Assembly (NCBI GenBank): GCA_030692925.1
Contig: JAUYBY010000023.1
Coordinates: 22,612-86,611 of the forward strand
DNA length: 64,000 bases
Source: Candidatus Zixiibacteriota bacterium
GTDB lineage: Bacteria; Zixibacteria; MSB-5A5; RBG-16-43-9
Reading direction: 5' to 3'
Shown: piece after piece, positions 47,884 to 57,382 of the stretch
Position numbering within the stretch: the stretch's first letter is position 1
Layout of the letters: each line of letters begins with the position of its first letter
Notes under the pieces: model-generated
Database searches by the model: none
What the model was told of the DNA's origin: nothing
Seen by the model: only the letters and a program-made list of their open reading frames with translations
Made by a program: the position numbers and the translations under genes

Positions 47884-48117
47884 TCACATTTTCTCTAATT
47901 GCTCGCTAAATTGCTCAGGAGTCATCTCGATTTCCCGAAGGATTTCACGAATCAATGGTCGGGCAAAGTCCCTTCCTGGATGATTAGGCACCGTGGTAGT
48001 TCTTCCATCAGGGTGACGAAAGAACACATGACTTCCCTTCTGCCGCACGGCCTTAAAGCCTAAGCTGAGTAGCAGCTTTTCCATTGTTTTGAAGTCCGTA
48101 ATCGGGAGGCGGCTCAT
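47884..48117 (-). CDS. hicA: Type II toxin HicA (YcfA-like mRNA interferase)
   Basis: KGSHVFFRHPDGRTTTVPNHPGRD matches the HicA signature; 4-nt overlap with the upstream hicB. Confidence 0.8.
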   Translation of the reverse strand: MSRLPITDFKTMEKLLLSLGFKAVRQKGSHVFFRHPDGRTTTVPNHPGRDFARPLIREILREIEMTPEQFSEQLEKM

Positions 48118-48332
48118 ATAACCACCTCAATCTGCTGAAGACCTATAAAGTGCGGTAAGTCTTCTACTGGGCCTTCATACTCTTCAAGACATAATTCCAA
48201 AACTTCTTTGAGATTTTTCTGGAGTTCGTCCAGAGTCGCACCCTGGGTATGGGCCCCGGGGATGCCGGGAACAATTCCTACGTAAAGTTTAGTCTCAGGA
48301 TCCCATTCTACATAGGCGGTAAAGGTTTTCAT
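48114..48332 (-). CDS. hicB: Antitoxin HicB (UPF0150)
   Basis: 72 aa; YVGIVPGIPGAHTQGATLDEL motif. Confidence 0.75.
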   Translation of the reverse strand: MKTFTAYVEWDPETKLYVGIVPGIPGAHTQGATLDELQKNLKEVLELCLEEYEGPVEDLPHFIGLQQIEVVI

Positions 48333-48344
48333 CGTTCACCTCCT

Positions 48345-48848
48345 TTAAATATCCGGGAAAAATCTGGCATCCTGCCAGTAAGCCTCTTTGAGATATTGCT
48401 GCTGGGTAATCAGCGCTTTAAGATGCTCCTGTTCCCATTGCACTAAATAGGAGAAAAGGTTTTTGACCTCCTCATCTCTGCTTTCTTCTGCAGATTTTCG
48501 ATAAAATTCGATTGAATTTTTCTCTAAAAGCGCTCCGATGGATAAGGCTGACATCTCGAAGTGCATATCCTTGATTCTTTTTTTGAAATCCTCAGAGAAG
48601 ATCGGGCTGGGGCTTTCGGATTTGAAGAACTCTACCTTTTTATCCTTGAACTCTATCCCTCCGGTTTTTCTCACTTTCTCGTACTGCCCCTTTAAAATCT
48701 GATAATGCTTCTTCTCATCCTCTGCCAGAGAAGAAAATACCTCTTTCCCTTTCTTATCTATCGTTTTCTCTGAAGCTAATTTGTAGAAATGATACCCGTC
48801 TATTTCCACCTGCATGGCATTGGAGAGTATGTCTAATAGTTTTTCCAT
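48345..48848 (-). CDS. Rubrerythrin/ferritin-like di-iron protein (no rubredoxin domain)
   Basis: Four ExxH-like helices (EIDGYHFY, EDEKKHYQ, EKNSIEFY, EQEHLK). Confidence 0.6.
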   Translation of the reverse strand: MEKLLDILSNAMQVEIDGYHFYKLASEKTIDKKGKEVFSSLAEDEKKHYQILKGQYEKVRKTGGIEFKDKKVEFFKSESPSPIFSEDFKKRIKDMHFEMSALSIGALLEKNSIEFYRKSAEESRDEEVKNLFSYLVQWEQEHLKALITQQQYLKEAYWQDARFFPDI

Positions 48849-48861
48849 TATTGCTCCTTTT

Positions 48862-50511
48862 CTAAGTTAGCCCGGTTATATTACCATCCTTGTCTAAGTC
48901 GAAATTGAAAGCAGCCGGATTGGTGGGGAGTCCTGGCATAGTCATTATATCGCCGGCTAAGGCATAAAGGTAACCCGCACCGGTTGCAGGTCTCAAATCC
49001 TCAATGGGAAGACGAAAATTCTCTGGTCTTCCTTTGAGCTTGGGGTCATGGGAAAAAGAGTAAGGGGTCTTGGCTATGCACATTGGTAAAAAATCTAATC
49101 CCCAGGATTTGAAAAGGTCGATCTTTTTTTCAGCTAAGGGGAAGTAGAGCACCTCGCCTGCCCCGTAGATTTTTTTGGCAATGGTTTCGATTTTTTCCTT
49201 TATCCCTCCACCTTCGTACAGGAAATTAAAACAGCATCCCCTTTGGCATAATTTTACAGCCTTTTCAGCTAATTCTGTTCCGCCCTCTCCGCCTTTGTCA
49301 AATATCTCTGCCACTGCTACGTCATCTGCTCCTGCCTGGATTGATTTTTCTTTTAAGAGCGAAAGCTCGGCTTCGCTGTCCTCAGGAAAACGGTTTATAG
49401 CCACCAGAACCGGAAGTCCGAAAAGTTTAAGATTCTGTATATGCTTTTGCAGATTTCCGCACCCTTTTTCCAGTATTTCGAGGTTCTCCTGATCAATTGC
49501 TTTCTTATCATAGATGCCTATCCCGTGCATCATCAGGCTTTTCACCGTTGCAACCAGAACTGCTAAATCAGGAGTAAGGCCGCTTTCGCGGCATTTTATG
49601 TCCATCAGTTTTTCTGCTCCGCAGTCAGCACCAAAACCTGATTCAGTCACCACGTAGTCTGAAAGCTTTAAAGATATAAGGTCAGCTATAACAGAGGAGT
49701 TACCGTGAGATATATTGGCAAAAGGACCAGTATGGATAAAGGCAGGGGTTCCCTCAGAAGTCTGAACCAAATTCGGATTAAAAGCCTTTTTTAAAACCGC
49801 AGCCATAGCGCCGGAGGATTTCAAATCCTGAGCAGTTATCATTTTCTTATTCTGGTCTATTCCCACAGTTATCCTGGAAAGCCTTTTTTTCAAATCCTCC
49901 AGATCAACTGACAAGGACAGGATCGACATAACCTCACTGGCAGGGGTGATATCAAAATAAGATTCTCTGGGAATTCCATCAGCTTTACCGCCTAAGCCAA
50001 TGATGATATGCCTTAAAGCCCGATCGTTAATATCCACAACCCTGGGCCAGAAAATCTCAGATATGTTCAGGCATAATTTATTTCCTTTTTGCAGATGAGT
50101 ATCCAGAATAGCGGAGAGGAGGTTATGTGCATAACCAACTGCGTGGAAATCACCGGAAAAGTGAAGATTTATCTCCTCCTTAGGAAGAACCTGAGCTTTT
50201 CCGCCTCCGGTAGCTCCGCCCTTTAGGCCGAATAGTGGTCCCATAGATGGCTGCCTCAGAGTGCAGATAGTTTTTTTACCGATTCTATTCAATGCTTGAG
50301 AGAGACCGATAGCAGTAACTGTTTTCCCTTCTCCAGCCGGGGTAGGGGTGATAGCCGTGACGAAAATATACTTACCGTTTTTTCTTTCTTTTAATCTGTC
50401 TAAGACCTTGAAAGACACTTTGGCAATATACTTACCGTCCAGCTCTAACTCATCCTCTTTTAAGCCGAGCTCTTCAGCTATCTCTAAAATCGGCCTTAAC
50501 TTCTCAGACAT
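48862..50511 (-). CDS. fhs: Formate--tetrahydrofolate ligase
   Basis: ITPTPAGEGKTVTAIGL P-loop and full-length homology. Start moved to Met18 (MSEKLRPILEIA) of ORF 48862..50562 to remove a 50-nt overlap with nadE. Confidence 0.9.
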   Translation of the reverse strand: MSEKLRPILEIAEELGLKEDELELDGKYIAKVSFKVLDRLKERKNGKYIFVTAITPTPAGEGKTVTAIGLSQALNRIGKKTICTLRQPSMGPLFGLKGGATGGGKAQVLPKEEINLHFSGDFHAVGYAHNLLSAILDTHLQKGNKLCLNISEIFWPRVVDINDRALRHIIIGLGGKADGIPRESYFDITPASEVMSILSLSVDLEDLKKRLSRITVGIDQNKKMITAQDLKSSGAMAAVLKKAFNPNLVQTSEGTPAFIHTGPFANISHGNSSVIADLISLKLSDYVVTESGFGADCGAEKLMDIKCRESGLTPDLAVLVATVKSLMMHGIGIYDKKAIDQENLEILEKGCGNLQKHIQNLKLFGLPVLVAINRFPEDSEAELSLLKEKSIQAGADDVAVAEIFDKGGEGGTELAEKAVKLCQRGCCFNFLYEGGGIKEKIETIAKKIYGAGEVLYFPLAEKKIDLFKSWGLDFLPMCIAKTPYSFSHDPKLKGRPENFRLPIEDLRPATGAGYLYALAGDIMTMPGLPTNPAAFNFDLDKDGNITGLT

Positions 50512-50512
50512 C

Positions 50513-52246
50513 TTAGAACTCTTTATATTTATTGGTGATTGGTAATCTGCGATCTTTTCCAAAGGCTCTGGCAGTTATCTTTATGCCAGGGGGCGCCTGT
50601 CTTCTTTTATATTCGCTTCTGTCCACCATCTGCATAACTTTGATTATCGTGTCCTCATCAAAACCTAAATCCTTTATCTCTTTGAACCCCTTGTCTTCCT
50701 CCACATAATATTTTAAAATCGGGTCTAAAACCGGGTAAGGAGGAAGAGTGTCAGAATCCTTTTGCCCGGGCTTAAGCTCGGCAGTAGGCTCCCTTTTCAA
50801 AATATCTTCAGGGATAAGCTCTTTTTTCTCTAAAAAATTTCTGTATCCGGCTAACTTATAAACTAAAGTCTTGGGAATATCTTTTAACACCACGAAGCCG
50901 CCAACCATGTCTCCATACAGAGTAGAATATCCTGCAGCTAATTCGCTTTTATTTCCGGTAGTCAGTACCAGCCAGCCGAATTTGTTAGAAAGAGCCATTA
51001 GAAGATTCCCTCTTATCCTTGCCTGGAGGTTTTCCTCAGTTACGTCCGGCTTTCTACCTTTAAATTCTGAAGACAAAGTCAAGATATAGGTCTCCAGAAT
51101 TTTCTGGATAGAAAGATCGATAAACTTCATCCCTAAATTCCGGGCTAATTTTTTAGCATCCTCGAAACTTCTTTTTGAGGTAAACTCAGATGGCATAAAA
51201 ACTGAGATCACATTTTCACTGCCCAGGGCATCTCTGGCAATGACTGCTACTAACGCGGAATCTATCCCTCCGCTTAAACCCAGAACCGCCTTCCTAAATC
51301 CGTTTTTACTCAGATAATCTTTTGTTCCCAGGACCAATGCCTGATAGACTTCAGCCAGAGGTGACAAGGGTTCTGGATTTATCCTTTTTATCTTTGGTTT
51401 TCTTCTCTTAAGAATTCTTTTTGTGACGATTATTCTGTTGACGATTTCAGATTTGAGTTTCTCTTTTTCCGTTCTCCACTTTGGGTCATGCAACCTTGCC
51501 CTGAAAACCTCATCCAAGTCCAGGTCTGCTATTATGAAATCCTCTTCAAACTGTTTGCCACGGTATAAAGTTTTACCTTCAGGGTCAAAGATCATCCCCA
51601 TTCCATCAAAGACCAGCTCATCCTGTCCGCCAACCAGGTTATTATACAAAATGAAAACCCGGTTATCGCTCGCCCGGGTGGAAAGCATCTTCTCTCTTTC
51701 TTTCCACTTATCCATATGATAGGGTGAAGCGTTGATATTCACTATCAGTTCAGCTTCGCCGATTAAAGCCTGAGCTTTTGCCGGACCTTCTGGATACCAG
51801 ATATCCTCGCAGACATTAACCCCAAAGACAAAATCGCCTATCTGATAAACAGAGAATTTCTCCCCTGGCTGGAAATAGCGATATTCGTCAAACACCCCAT
51901 AATTGGGCAGGTTGCTTTTATAATAAACGTCCACCAGTTTCCTATTATGAATTACGGCTGCCGCATTGTATACCTCTCCGTTTTTATCCACAAATCCGAC
52001 AATCACAGTCAGACCGCCAGTCTTCGGGATTATCTTCTTTAAAGCTTTGATATTGTCTTCAATGAATTGTGGTTTGAGCAGCAAGTCCTCAGGCGGATAG
52101 CCGGTAATGGAAAGCTCCGGAAAGCATACCAGCTCCACCCCCATCTTCTTGGCTTTGTCCAGATACTGGATTATCTTTCTGGTATTCCCCTCTAAATCCC
52201 CTACGGTGCAGTTTATCTGCGCCATCCCTACCCTTAAAGAACGCAT
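50513..52246 (-). CDS. nadE: Glutamine-dependent NAD+ synthetase (nitrilase + NAD-synthase domains)
   Basis: CN-hydrolase domain (CFPELSITGY, E-K-C triad) plus PP-loop GLSGGIDSALVA. Confidence 0.9.
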   Translation of the reverse strand: MRSLRVGMAQINCTVGDLEGNTRKIIQYLDKAKKMGVELVCFPELSITGYPPEDLLLKPQFIEDNIKALKKIIPKTGGLTVIVGFVDKNGEVYNAAAVIHNRKLVDVYYKSNLPNYGVFDEYRYFQPGEKFSVYQIGDFVFGVNVCEDIWYPEGPAKAQALIGEAELIVNINASPYHMDKWKEREKMLSTRASDNRVFILYNNLVGGQDELVFDGMGMIFDPEGKTLYRGKQFEEDFIIADLDLDEVFRARLHDPKWRTEKEKLKSEIVNRIIVTKRILKRRKPKIKRINPEPLSPLAEVYQALVLGTKDYLSKNGFRKAVLGLSGGIDSALVAVIARDALGSENVISVFMPSEFTSKRSFEDAKKLARNLGMKFIDLSIQKILETYILTLSSEFKGRKPDVTEENLQARIRGNLLMALSNKFGWLVLTTGNKSELAAGYSTLYGDMVGGFVVLKDIPKTLVYKLAGYRNFLEKKELIPEDILKREPTAELKPGQKDSDTLPPYPVLDPILKYYVEEDKGFKEIKDLGFDEDTIIKVMQMVDRSEYKRRQAPPGIKITARAFGKDRRLPITNKYKEF

Positions 52247-52340
52247 TTCTTCTCCCCGGATTTAATCCTTTGACGGTTCTATATATGGCTTATAATAGTT
52301 TTTCAGTGCCTTTTTGTCAACGGTTTATTGGGAAGATCTT

Positions 52341-52612
52341 TTGTAGGGGAGGGGCTTGTCCCCTCCCGTCTCACATACCCACGGGCGACCACGAGGGTCG
52401 CCCCTACGTTCTCCCTCTTCTTGCAAAATACAAGGGTAAGGGTGAGGTTCTAAGGTAAAGTCGAGTCTTATAAAGGAGGCGCCGATATTTTTAATGGGTG
52501 GGGACAGCTTGTAGGGACAGGGCTTGTCCCTGTCCGATTGAAAAACAACGGACGGCCACACGGTTCGATAAACTCACCGTCCTGAGAAGTGTAGAAGGAA
52601 GGGTCGCGCTAC
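52341..52612. repeat. Cluster of GC-rich GTAG-headed palindromes (TGTAGGG-GAGGGGcttgtCCCCTCCC; GGGCGACCacgaGGGTCGCCC-CTACG; TGTAGGGACAGGGcttgtCCCTGTCC)
   Basis: ORFs 52270..52458 and 52325..52561 lie inside the repeats and are probably spurious. Confidence 0.65.
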
Positions 52613-52618
52613 GATTTA

Positions 52619-53398
52619 TCAAACTGAATCTTTGGGTTCCTCGACTTGCGGATTCAAAGGTGCTTCATATTCCTCTAAGGTTAAGAATCCGTATTTTAGC
52701 ATCCGGTTTAAGATTATCTTTCTTCTTCTTTCAAATCTTCGGGCATCTGAGGTAGGCGGGTATTTCCGAGGGAAAGGTAAAGAGGTAGCCATCCTTATCG
52801 CCTCATCTGGCGTAAGGTCTGATGATGATTTTCCAAAATAGTATCTGGAAGCCGCCTCGCAGCCGTAGATTCCGTCTCCCCATTCGACTAAATTCAAATA
52901 AAGTTCAAAGATTCTTCTTTTGCTGAGTGCCTTTTCCAGACGGAAGGCGATTAAGATTTCCTTCAATTTTCTAAAAGGATTCTTGGAAGGTGAAAGGTAG
53001 AGGTTTTTAGCTAATTGCTGGGTAATGGTGGATGCGCCCCTGGAGAATCCTTTCTTTTTCCAGTCGATCTTTAAGGATTCTTTCATCTCCTGCAGATCTA
53101 TTCCGCTGTGAGTGAAGAAATTTATGTCCTCACTTACTAAAATAGCTTTTTTTAGATACAGAGAAACCTGGCTATAAGGCACCCAGATGCGATATTCCCT
53201 GGGTTTTTTGCCTTCTCTCTCATATTCTTTGTTCCTTATCTGGATTAAGGAAGTGGTCTCGGGATTTTCTTTTTGAAGATATTTTACATCTGGCAAGGTT
53301 AGATACTCCATAAGAAATATAAGAACAAAAATTAAAAGCAAAGCTGAAAAGATATATCGCCATTTGAATTTTTTTGGTTTTGGAAAGCTCATTATCAA
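52619..53398 (-). CDS. mtgA: Monofunctional biosynthetic peptidoglycan transglycosylase (GT51)
   Basis: N-terminal TM; EDINFFTHSGID, GASTITQQLAKNLYLS and RKxxE motifs. Confidence 0.85.
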   Translation of the reverse strand: MIMSFPKPKKFKWRYIFSALLLIFVLIFLMEYLTLPDVKYLQKENPETTSLIQIRNKEYEREGKKPREYRIWVPYSQVSLYLKKAILVSEDINFFTHSGIDLQEMKESLKIDWKKKGFSRGASTITQQLAKNLYLSPSKNPFRKLKEILIAFRLEKALSKRRIFELYLNLVEWGDGIYGCEAASRYYFGKSSSDLTPDEAIRMATSLPFPRKYPPTSDARRFERRRKIILNRMLKYGFLTLEEYEAPLNPQVEEPKDSV

Positions 53399-53402
53399 CG
53401 CT

Positions 53403-53427
53403 GGGCTTGATAAATCAAGCCCCTACA
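53403..53427. repeat. Single REP unit GGGCTTGATAAATCAAGCCC-CTACA
   Basis: Same palindrome-plus-CTACA design as the other REPs. Confidence 0.6.
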
Positions 53428-53548
53428 AATGTGGTCGTCGGATTAAAGCTCTTTGTTGGTGTCCTCACCAACAAAGATACTCCATTGGTCAGGAGACCAA
53501 CGGAGAGCAAGTGGGGCGCATTGGAATACGCCCCCACCTGAACGGTAA

Positions 53549-54808
53549 TTATCTGCGAGCGTTAGGTCCTCCATATAATCCGGGATCGCTGATGCTTCCA
53601 TCCGGGTCAGTTAAAAGAGGATTACCTTTATCGATCAAAGGTGAATTTGACTTTAGGTGAAAATCTGTCTGGCTTTCAAAAAGAGGGTCAACAGATAGGT
53701 TTCCGTTTTGCTCTGTCTGGTCTGGTATATCTTTGTAATTGCCCGCGCTGTTGTTCCAGACGTCATTGTAGGTTACTGGAAAGTTTGGATTTATATCAGT
53801 TGCCCAGACTCCAACGCAGGGGCAGACCCATTCTTTTCTCCAGCCGTTTTCAGTGATTATGTTGTTCGTGCAGACCCCTTTGCATTCTGCGCTCCAGACT
53901 GCAAATCCGCAGTTACCGTTTCTGGTGATGATATTATTCGAAGCATCCATATAAGAGGTTCCAGTAGCAATAATTCCCCAGCCCAGATTTTCGTGCACCA
54001 GATTGTTTCTCACCACTGCCCTTGAGTTGCCGAAAGTTCCGATTCCCTTCCAGTAGCCGGAGATCTCGTTGCGGTACAGTGTCGCAGTTGCATCCCAGGT
54101 TATCCCGATTCCGGCACCCCTGCCGTCGCAGATGACGTTATCCGCGATATAGGCAGTTGCTCCCCGATATAATGCCACACCATCCCAGCCGTTGTTCTGA
54201 ATCCGGTTATTCAAAATAGATATTTCCGAATTCTCTCTTCCGAATACGCCGCCTATCCCGACCACAACATTCTCGAGTCGATGAATGTTATCTGATATCT
54301 CCACGTCTTCAACTGTAACAGTGCTGAATTTAGTAACAATCCCAGCATCGGTGGCATTCCCATCAACGTCTCTTTTTCCTCCGGTTATCTTAAGCCTGGT
54401 GATAAGGGAATTTCGGCTATTTTCAAATAAAACTCCATATCCAGCTTTAGTGACCAGAGTGGTTGCATCTTTTCCACTGCCGATTATGCTCAGCCCTTTA
54501 TTCTCGACCAAAAAGCCCCGGGTGGCATTCACTCTGGTCTTATGCTCCTGGCAATTACCGCACAATTCCTCGATGTATTCTTGCGGTTTTGCCTCATAAG
54601 TTCCCTGAAAGATAAAAATTGTATCCCCATCTTTTGCCTGATCAAATGCATTCTGCAAATCCCTGAGCGGCTCCTGCTTTGACCCGACTCCGACTTTCTT
54701 ATCTTTAAGGTCATCCACAAACCAGATTCTATTGATCTGATCAGGTGAATTTGAGTTTAGGATTACAAGTAAAATTAAAATTATGAATAATTGAAACAGA
54801 TTTCTCAT
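53549..54808 (-). CDS. Secreted right-handed parallel beta-helix repeat protein (pectate-lyase/NosD-like fold)
   Basis: Signal peptide; many N/G-rich about 22-aa PbH1-like repeats (NNxIxxN, GxG). Confidence 0.6.
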   Translation of the reverse strand: MRNLFQLFIILILLVILNSNSPDQINRIWFVDDLKDKKVGVGSKQEPLRDLQNAFDQAKDGDTIFIFQGTYEAKPQEYIEELCGNCQEHKTRVNATRGFLVENKGLSIIGSGKDATTLVTKAGYGVLFENSRNSLITRLKITGGKRDVDGNATDAGIVTKFSTVTVEDVEISDNIHRLENVVVGIGGVFGRENSEISILNNRIQNNGWDGVALYRGATAYIADNVICDGRGAGIGITWDATATLYRNEISGYWKGIGTFGNSRAVVRNNLVHENLGWGIIATGTSYMDASNNIITRNGNCGFAVWSAECKGVCTNNIITENGWRKEWVCPCVGVWATDINPNFPVTYNDVWNNSAGNYKDIPDQTEQNGNLSVDPLFESQTDFHLKSNSPLIDKGNPLLTDPDGSISDPGLYGGPNARR

Positions 54809-54859
54809 ATTCTCGATCCTTTTTTATTTTTGAAAAGCTACAAGCTACCTGCTACCAGC

Positions 54860-55852
54860 TTATTTAGTCACTTCCAGAATCCTTTTAATTACCTTTTCAT
54901 CTTTTGGCAGTAGATCAACCGAAGGCAGCCTTTTGACTAACTCTTTCCAGATCGGCTCTTTTTCAAAGATTTCCTTAAAAATGGGGAGAGATTCTTTTAC
55001 TCGCCCGTTGTTTACCAGAGCAGTTGCTTCCCAGAATTTAAGCTCGATACTTTCCGGATATAATCTTTTTGCCTCAGCATATTCTTTCAACGCAGTCTTG
55101 AGGTCTTTCTTTTCCAGAGCCAGGTCACCCAAGTCTGAATGATGATATGCTTCTGCTATCTTTACCAACCTTCTTAGCTCCTTTAAAGGCTCAGGATTAT
55201 CCTCCACTCTTAAATCCAGGACCTTGTCCTGCCAGGGCTTCCCAGTCGATTTTCCTTTGACGATCAAAATCGCCGCAGACTGCTTTCCTCTTATGTCTCC
55301 GCCTTGTGCCTGAGCAGCATCTAAGGCTGCAAGCATCCTTTCAGTTAAACTCCCTTTGGTATTCTCAAAGGCTTTAGCCATAGCAGGCCAGACTTTGTCA
55401 TTCAGCATCAGATTTGCCTGAACCGAATAATTTTTTCCGGTGATGTGTCCCGCAGCCGGTATGCATTTATCACCGGTATGAGCTGCCACGTTTCCAGACG
55501 CATCAATCATCGCCACCTGGCGAACGGCATTATTCTTATCTCCGGCAAGCAGAGCTTTCAGGGCATCCTGGGCAGTTCTGCCAGCCCTCATCAAATCTAA
55601 TCCTAAAGGACCGTAGGTTACATCCACTAAAGACTGGGTTGCCACCGCACCCACTCCTGCCTCAGCCCAGGGGACAACTGGTCCTACTGAGAAATAATGA
55701 GATTGGACCGCAACCCCCATCTCGCCGGTTACACTATCTCGTGCAACGATAGAATAAGTGTGGCAGGGATAAGATTTAAGTTCCTGGGAGTTCGAAAGAG
55801 TAGCGCACAGAAGCAAAATTAAAGCTGTCAAGACAACTTTGTTGTAATTCAT
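54860..55852 (-). CDS. Secreted DUF1028-family (Ntn-hydrolase-like) protein with C-terminal TPR region
   Basis: TYSIVARDSVTGEMGVAVQSHYFSVG...AGVGAVATQS resembles DUF1028; TPR-like helices at the C-terminus. Confidence 0.5.
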   Translation of the reverse strand: MNYNKVVLTALILLLCATLSNSQELKSYPCHTYSIVARDSVTGEMGVAVQSHYFSVGPVVPWAEAGVGAVATQSLVDVTYGPLGLDLMRAGRTAQDALKALLAGDKNNAVRQVAMIDASGNVAAHTGDKCIPAAGHITGKNYSVQANLMLNDKVWPAMAKAFENTKGSLTERMLAALDAAQAQGGDIRGKQSAAILIVKGKSTGKPWQDKVLDLRVEDNPEPLKELRRLVKIAEAYHHSDLGDLALEKKDLKTALKEYAEAKRLYPESIELKFWEATALVNNGRVKESLPIFKEIFEKEPIWKELVKRLPSVDLLPKDEKVIKRILEVTK

Positions 55853-55949
55853 CTTTCCCTCCCTGAAAAAAGGTTTTTATGTGAGGATATGTTATTGTTT
55901 CTAAAAGGGATTGTCAAGATAAAGTTGAGTTGAGAAATTGGTGAACCTT

Positions 55950-56200
55950 ACGAGTTATTGCGAGCCCAGTTGGGCGAAGCAATCCGTTTACTCTGAAGGG
56001 ATTGCCGCGTCGTCCTACAGACTCCTCGCAATGACAGACTATGAGAGGCAATTAGCGTTAGCCCCACATTGCCCGCAACATGGGTCAGTCTTCTCGGAAT
56101 GTGGAAAAGCACCCTGTGTCATTCTGAGTTCCGCCGAAGGCGGAACGAAGAATCTCCTTCTTTCGCTGTAGATTCTTCGCTTCGTTCAGAATGACAGGTA
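55950..56200. repeat. Hairpin-rich intergenic block (TGTCATTCTGAG-TTCCGCCgaaGGCGGAA-CGAAGAATC ... GATTCTTCGCTTCGTTCAGAATGACA)
   Basis: Nested inverted repeats; ORFs 56085..56423 and 56119..56316 overlap them and are doubtful. Confidence 0.5.
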
Positions 56201-56315
56201 TGGAATCTTTTCCATTTGACAATCTGGTTCGCCAGGCGTTTATTATCTCTGTTGTAAAGTAAGATGAAGGGTAATTTAGTCGATAAAATAAAAGAGATAT
56301 AATCGAGGAAAGACA

Positions 56316-57269
56316 ATGTTCAAAAATTTCGCAATTACCGGCGTGGCAGGGTATGTAGCGCCGAGGCATCTTAAGGCGATAAAGGAAACAGGCAACAGAT
56401 TGGTCGCAGCAGTTGATCCGCATGATTCGGTGGGTCTTTTAGATAGCTATTTTGAAGACGTGCGTTTCTTCACCGAGTTCGAGAGGTTTGACCGGCATAT
56501 TGAAAAGCTTCGCCGGCAGGGTGAGGACCAGCGTGTACATTACGTCAGCATCTGCTCTCCTAATTATCTGCACGATGCTCACTGCCGTTTTGCTCTACGA
56601 GTCGGTGCGGATGTTATCTGCGAAAAACCGGTGGTCTTAAACCCCTGGAATATCGATGCTCTGCAGGAGTTAGAAAAGGAGAGCGGAAAAAAGATTTTCA
56701 CGGTTCTGCAGTTGCGGGTACACCCTTCTCTGATTGCACTTAAAGAGAAATTACAAAAAGAAAAGTCAAGTTTCAAAAAAGAGATTATCCTTACATATGT
56801 TACTTCCCGTGGTCTTTGGTATCTGGTCTCCTGGAAAGGCCAGGCGGAGAAATCCGGCGGCTTAGCCACAAATATCGGAATTCATTTCTTTGACCTTTTG
56901 CTCTGGCTATTTGGAAAAGTAGAAGGTTTTGAGGTCCATCTTGCCACACCGACCAGAACTGCAGGCTATATGGAGCTTGAAAATGCCAGGGTGAAATGGT
57001 TTTTGTCAATCGAGAAAACAGACCTGCCGGAAGAGTGTAAAAGCAAAGGCAAAGTAACATTCCGCTCAATCACTATCGACGGGCAGGAAGTCGAATTCTC
57101 AGAAGGGTTCACCGATCTGCACACTATCGTTTATCGGGAGACCCTGGCAGGCAGAGGATTCGGCCTGGCAGATGCCAGACCCTCTGTGGTCCTGGCTCAT
57201 GATATAAGAAATGCCGAGATAATCGGGGTTAATGAGAATTCGCATCCGTTGGTGAAAAATCTTAAGTAA
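56316..57269 (+). CDS. Gfo/Idh/MocA-family NAD(P)-dependent oxidoreductase
   Basis: N-terminal Rossmann motif FAITGVAGYVAPRHL and the EKP motif (ICEKPVV). Confidence 0.85.
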   Translation: MFKNFAITGVAGYVAPRHLKAIKETGNRLVAAVDPHDSVGLLDSYFEDVRFFTEFERFDRHIEKLRRQGEDQRVHYVSICSPNYLHDAHCRFALRVGADVICEKPVVLNPWNIDALQELEKESGKKIFTVLQLRVHPSLIALKEKLQKEKSSFKKEIILTYVTSRGLWYLVSWKGQAEKSGGLATNIGIHFFDLLLWLFGKVEGFEVHLATPTRTAGYMELENARVKWFLSIEKTDLPEECKSKGKVTFRSITIDGQEVEFSEGFTDLHTIVYRETLAGRGFGLADARPSVVLAHDIRNAEIIGVNENSHPLVKNLK

Positions 57270-57382
57270 CTTTTCCTCTAAGTAGTTAACTACAAGTTTT
57301 GGAGTATAAAGGTATAGTTTATTATCAAGTTACATAGCCGAGACATGACTTTTAAGAATGTTTTTTTAAAATACAAGTTGGC

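Noticed and set aside
50511-50562. 50-nt overlap between fhs and nadE, which could suggest a programmed frameshift or gene fusion
   Set aside because: Met18 of the fhs ORF (MSEKLRPILEIA) matches Fhs N-termini and removes the overlap. Simple start-site misassignment is sufficient.
57270-57380. Searched for a direct repeat of the ssrA 3' end (an attachment site) at the far edge of the AbiE islet
   Set aside because: No convincing match of 10 bp or more found by eye. The island boundary remains undefined, and no integrase is present.
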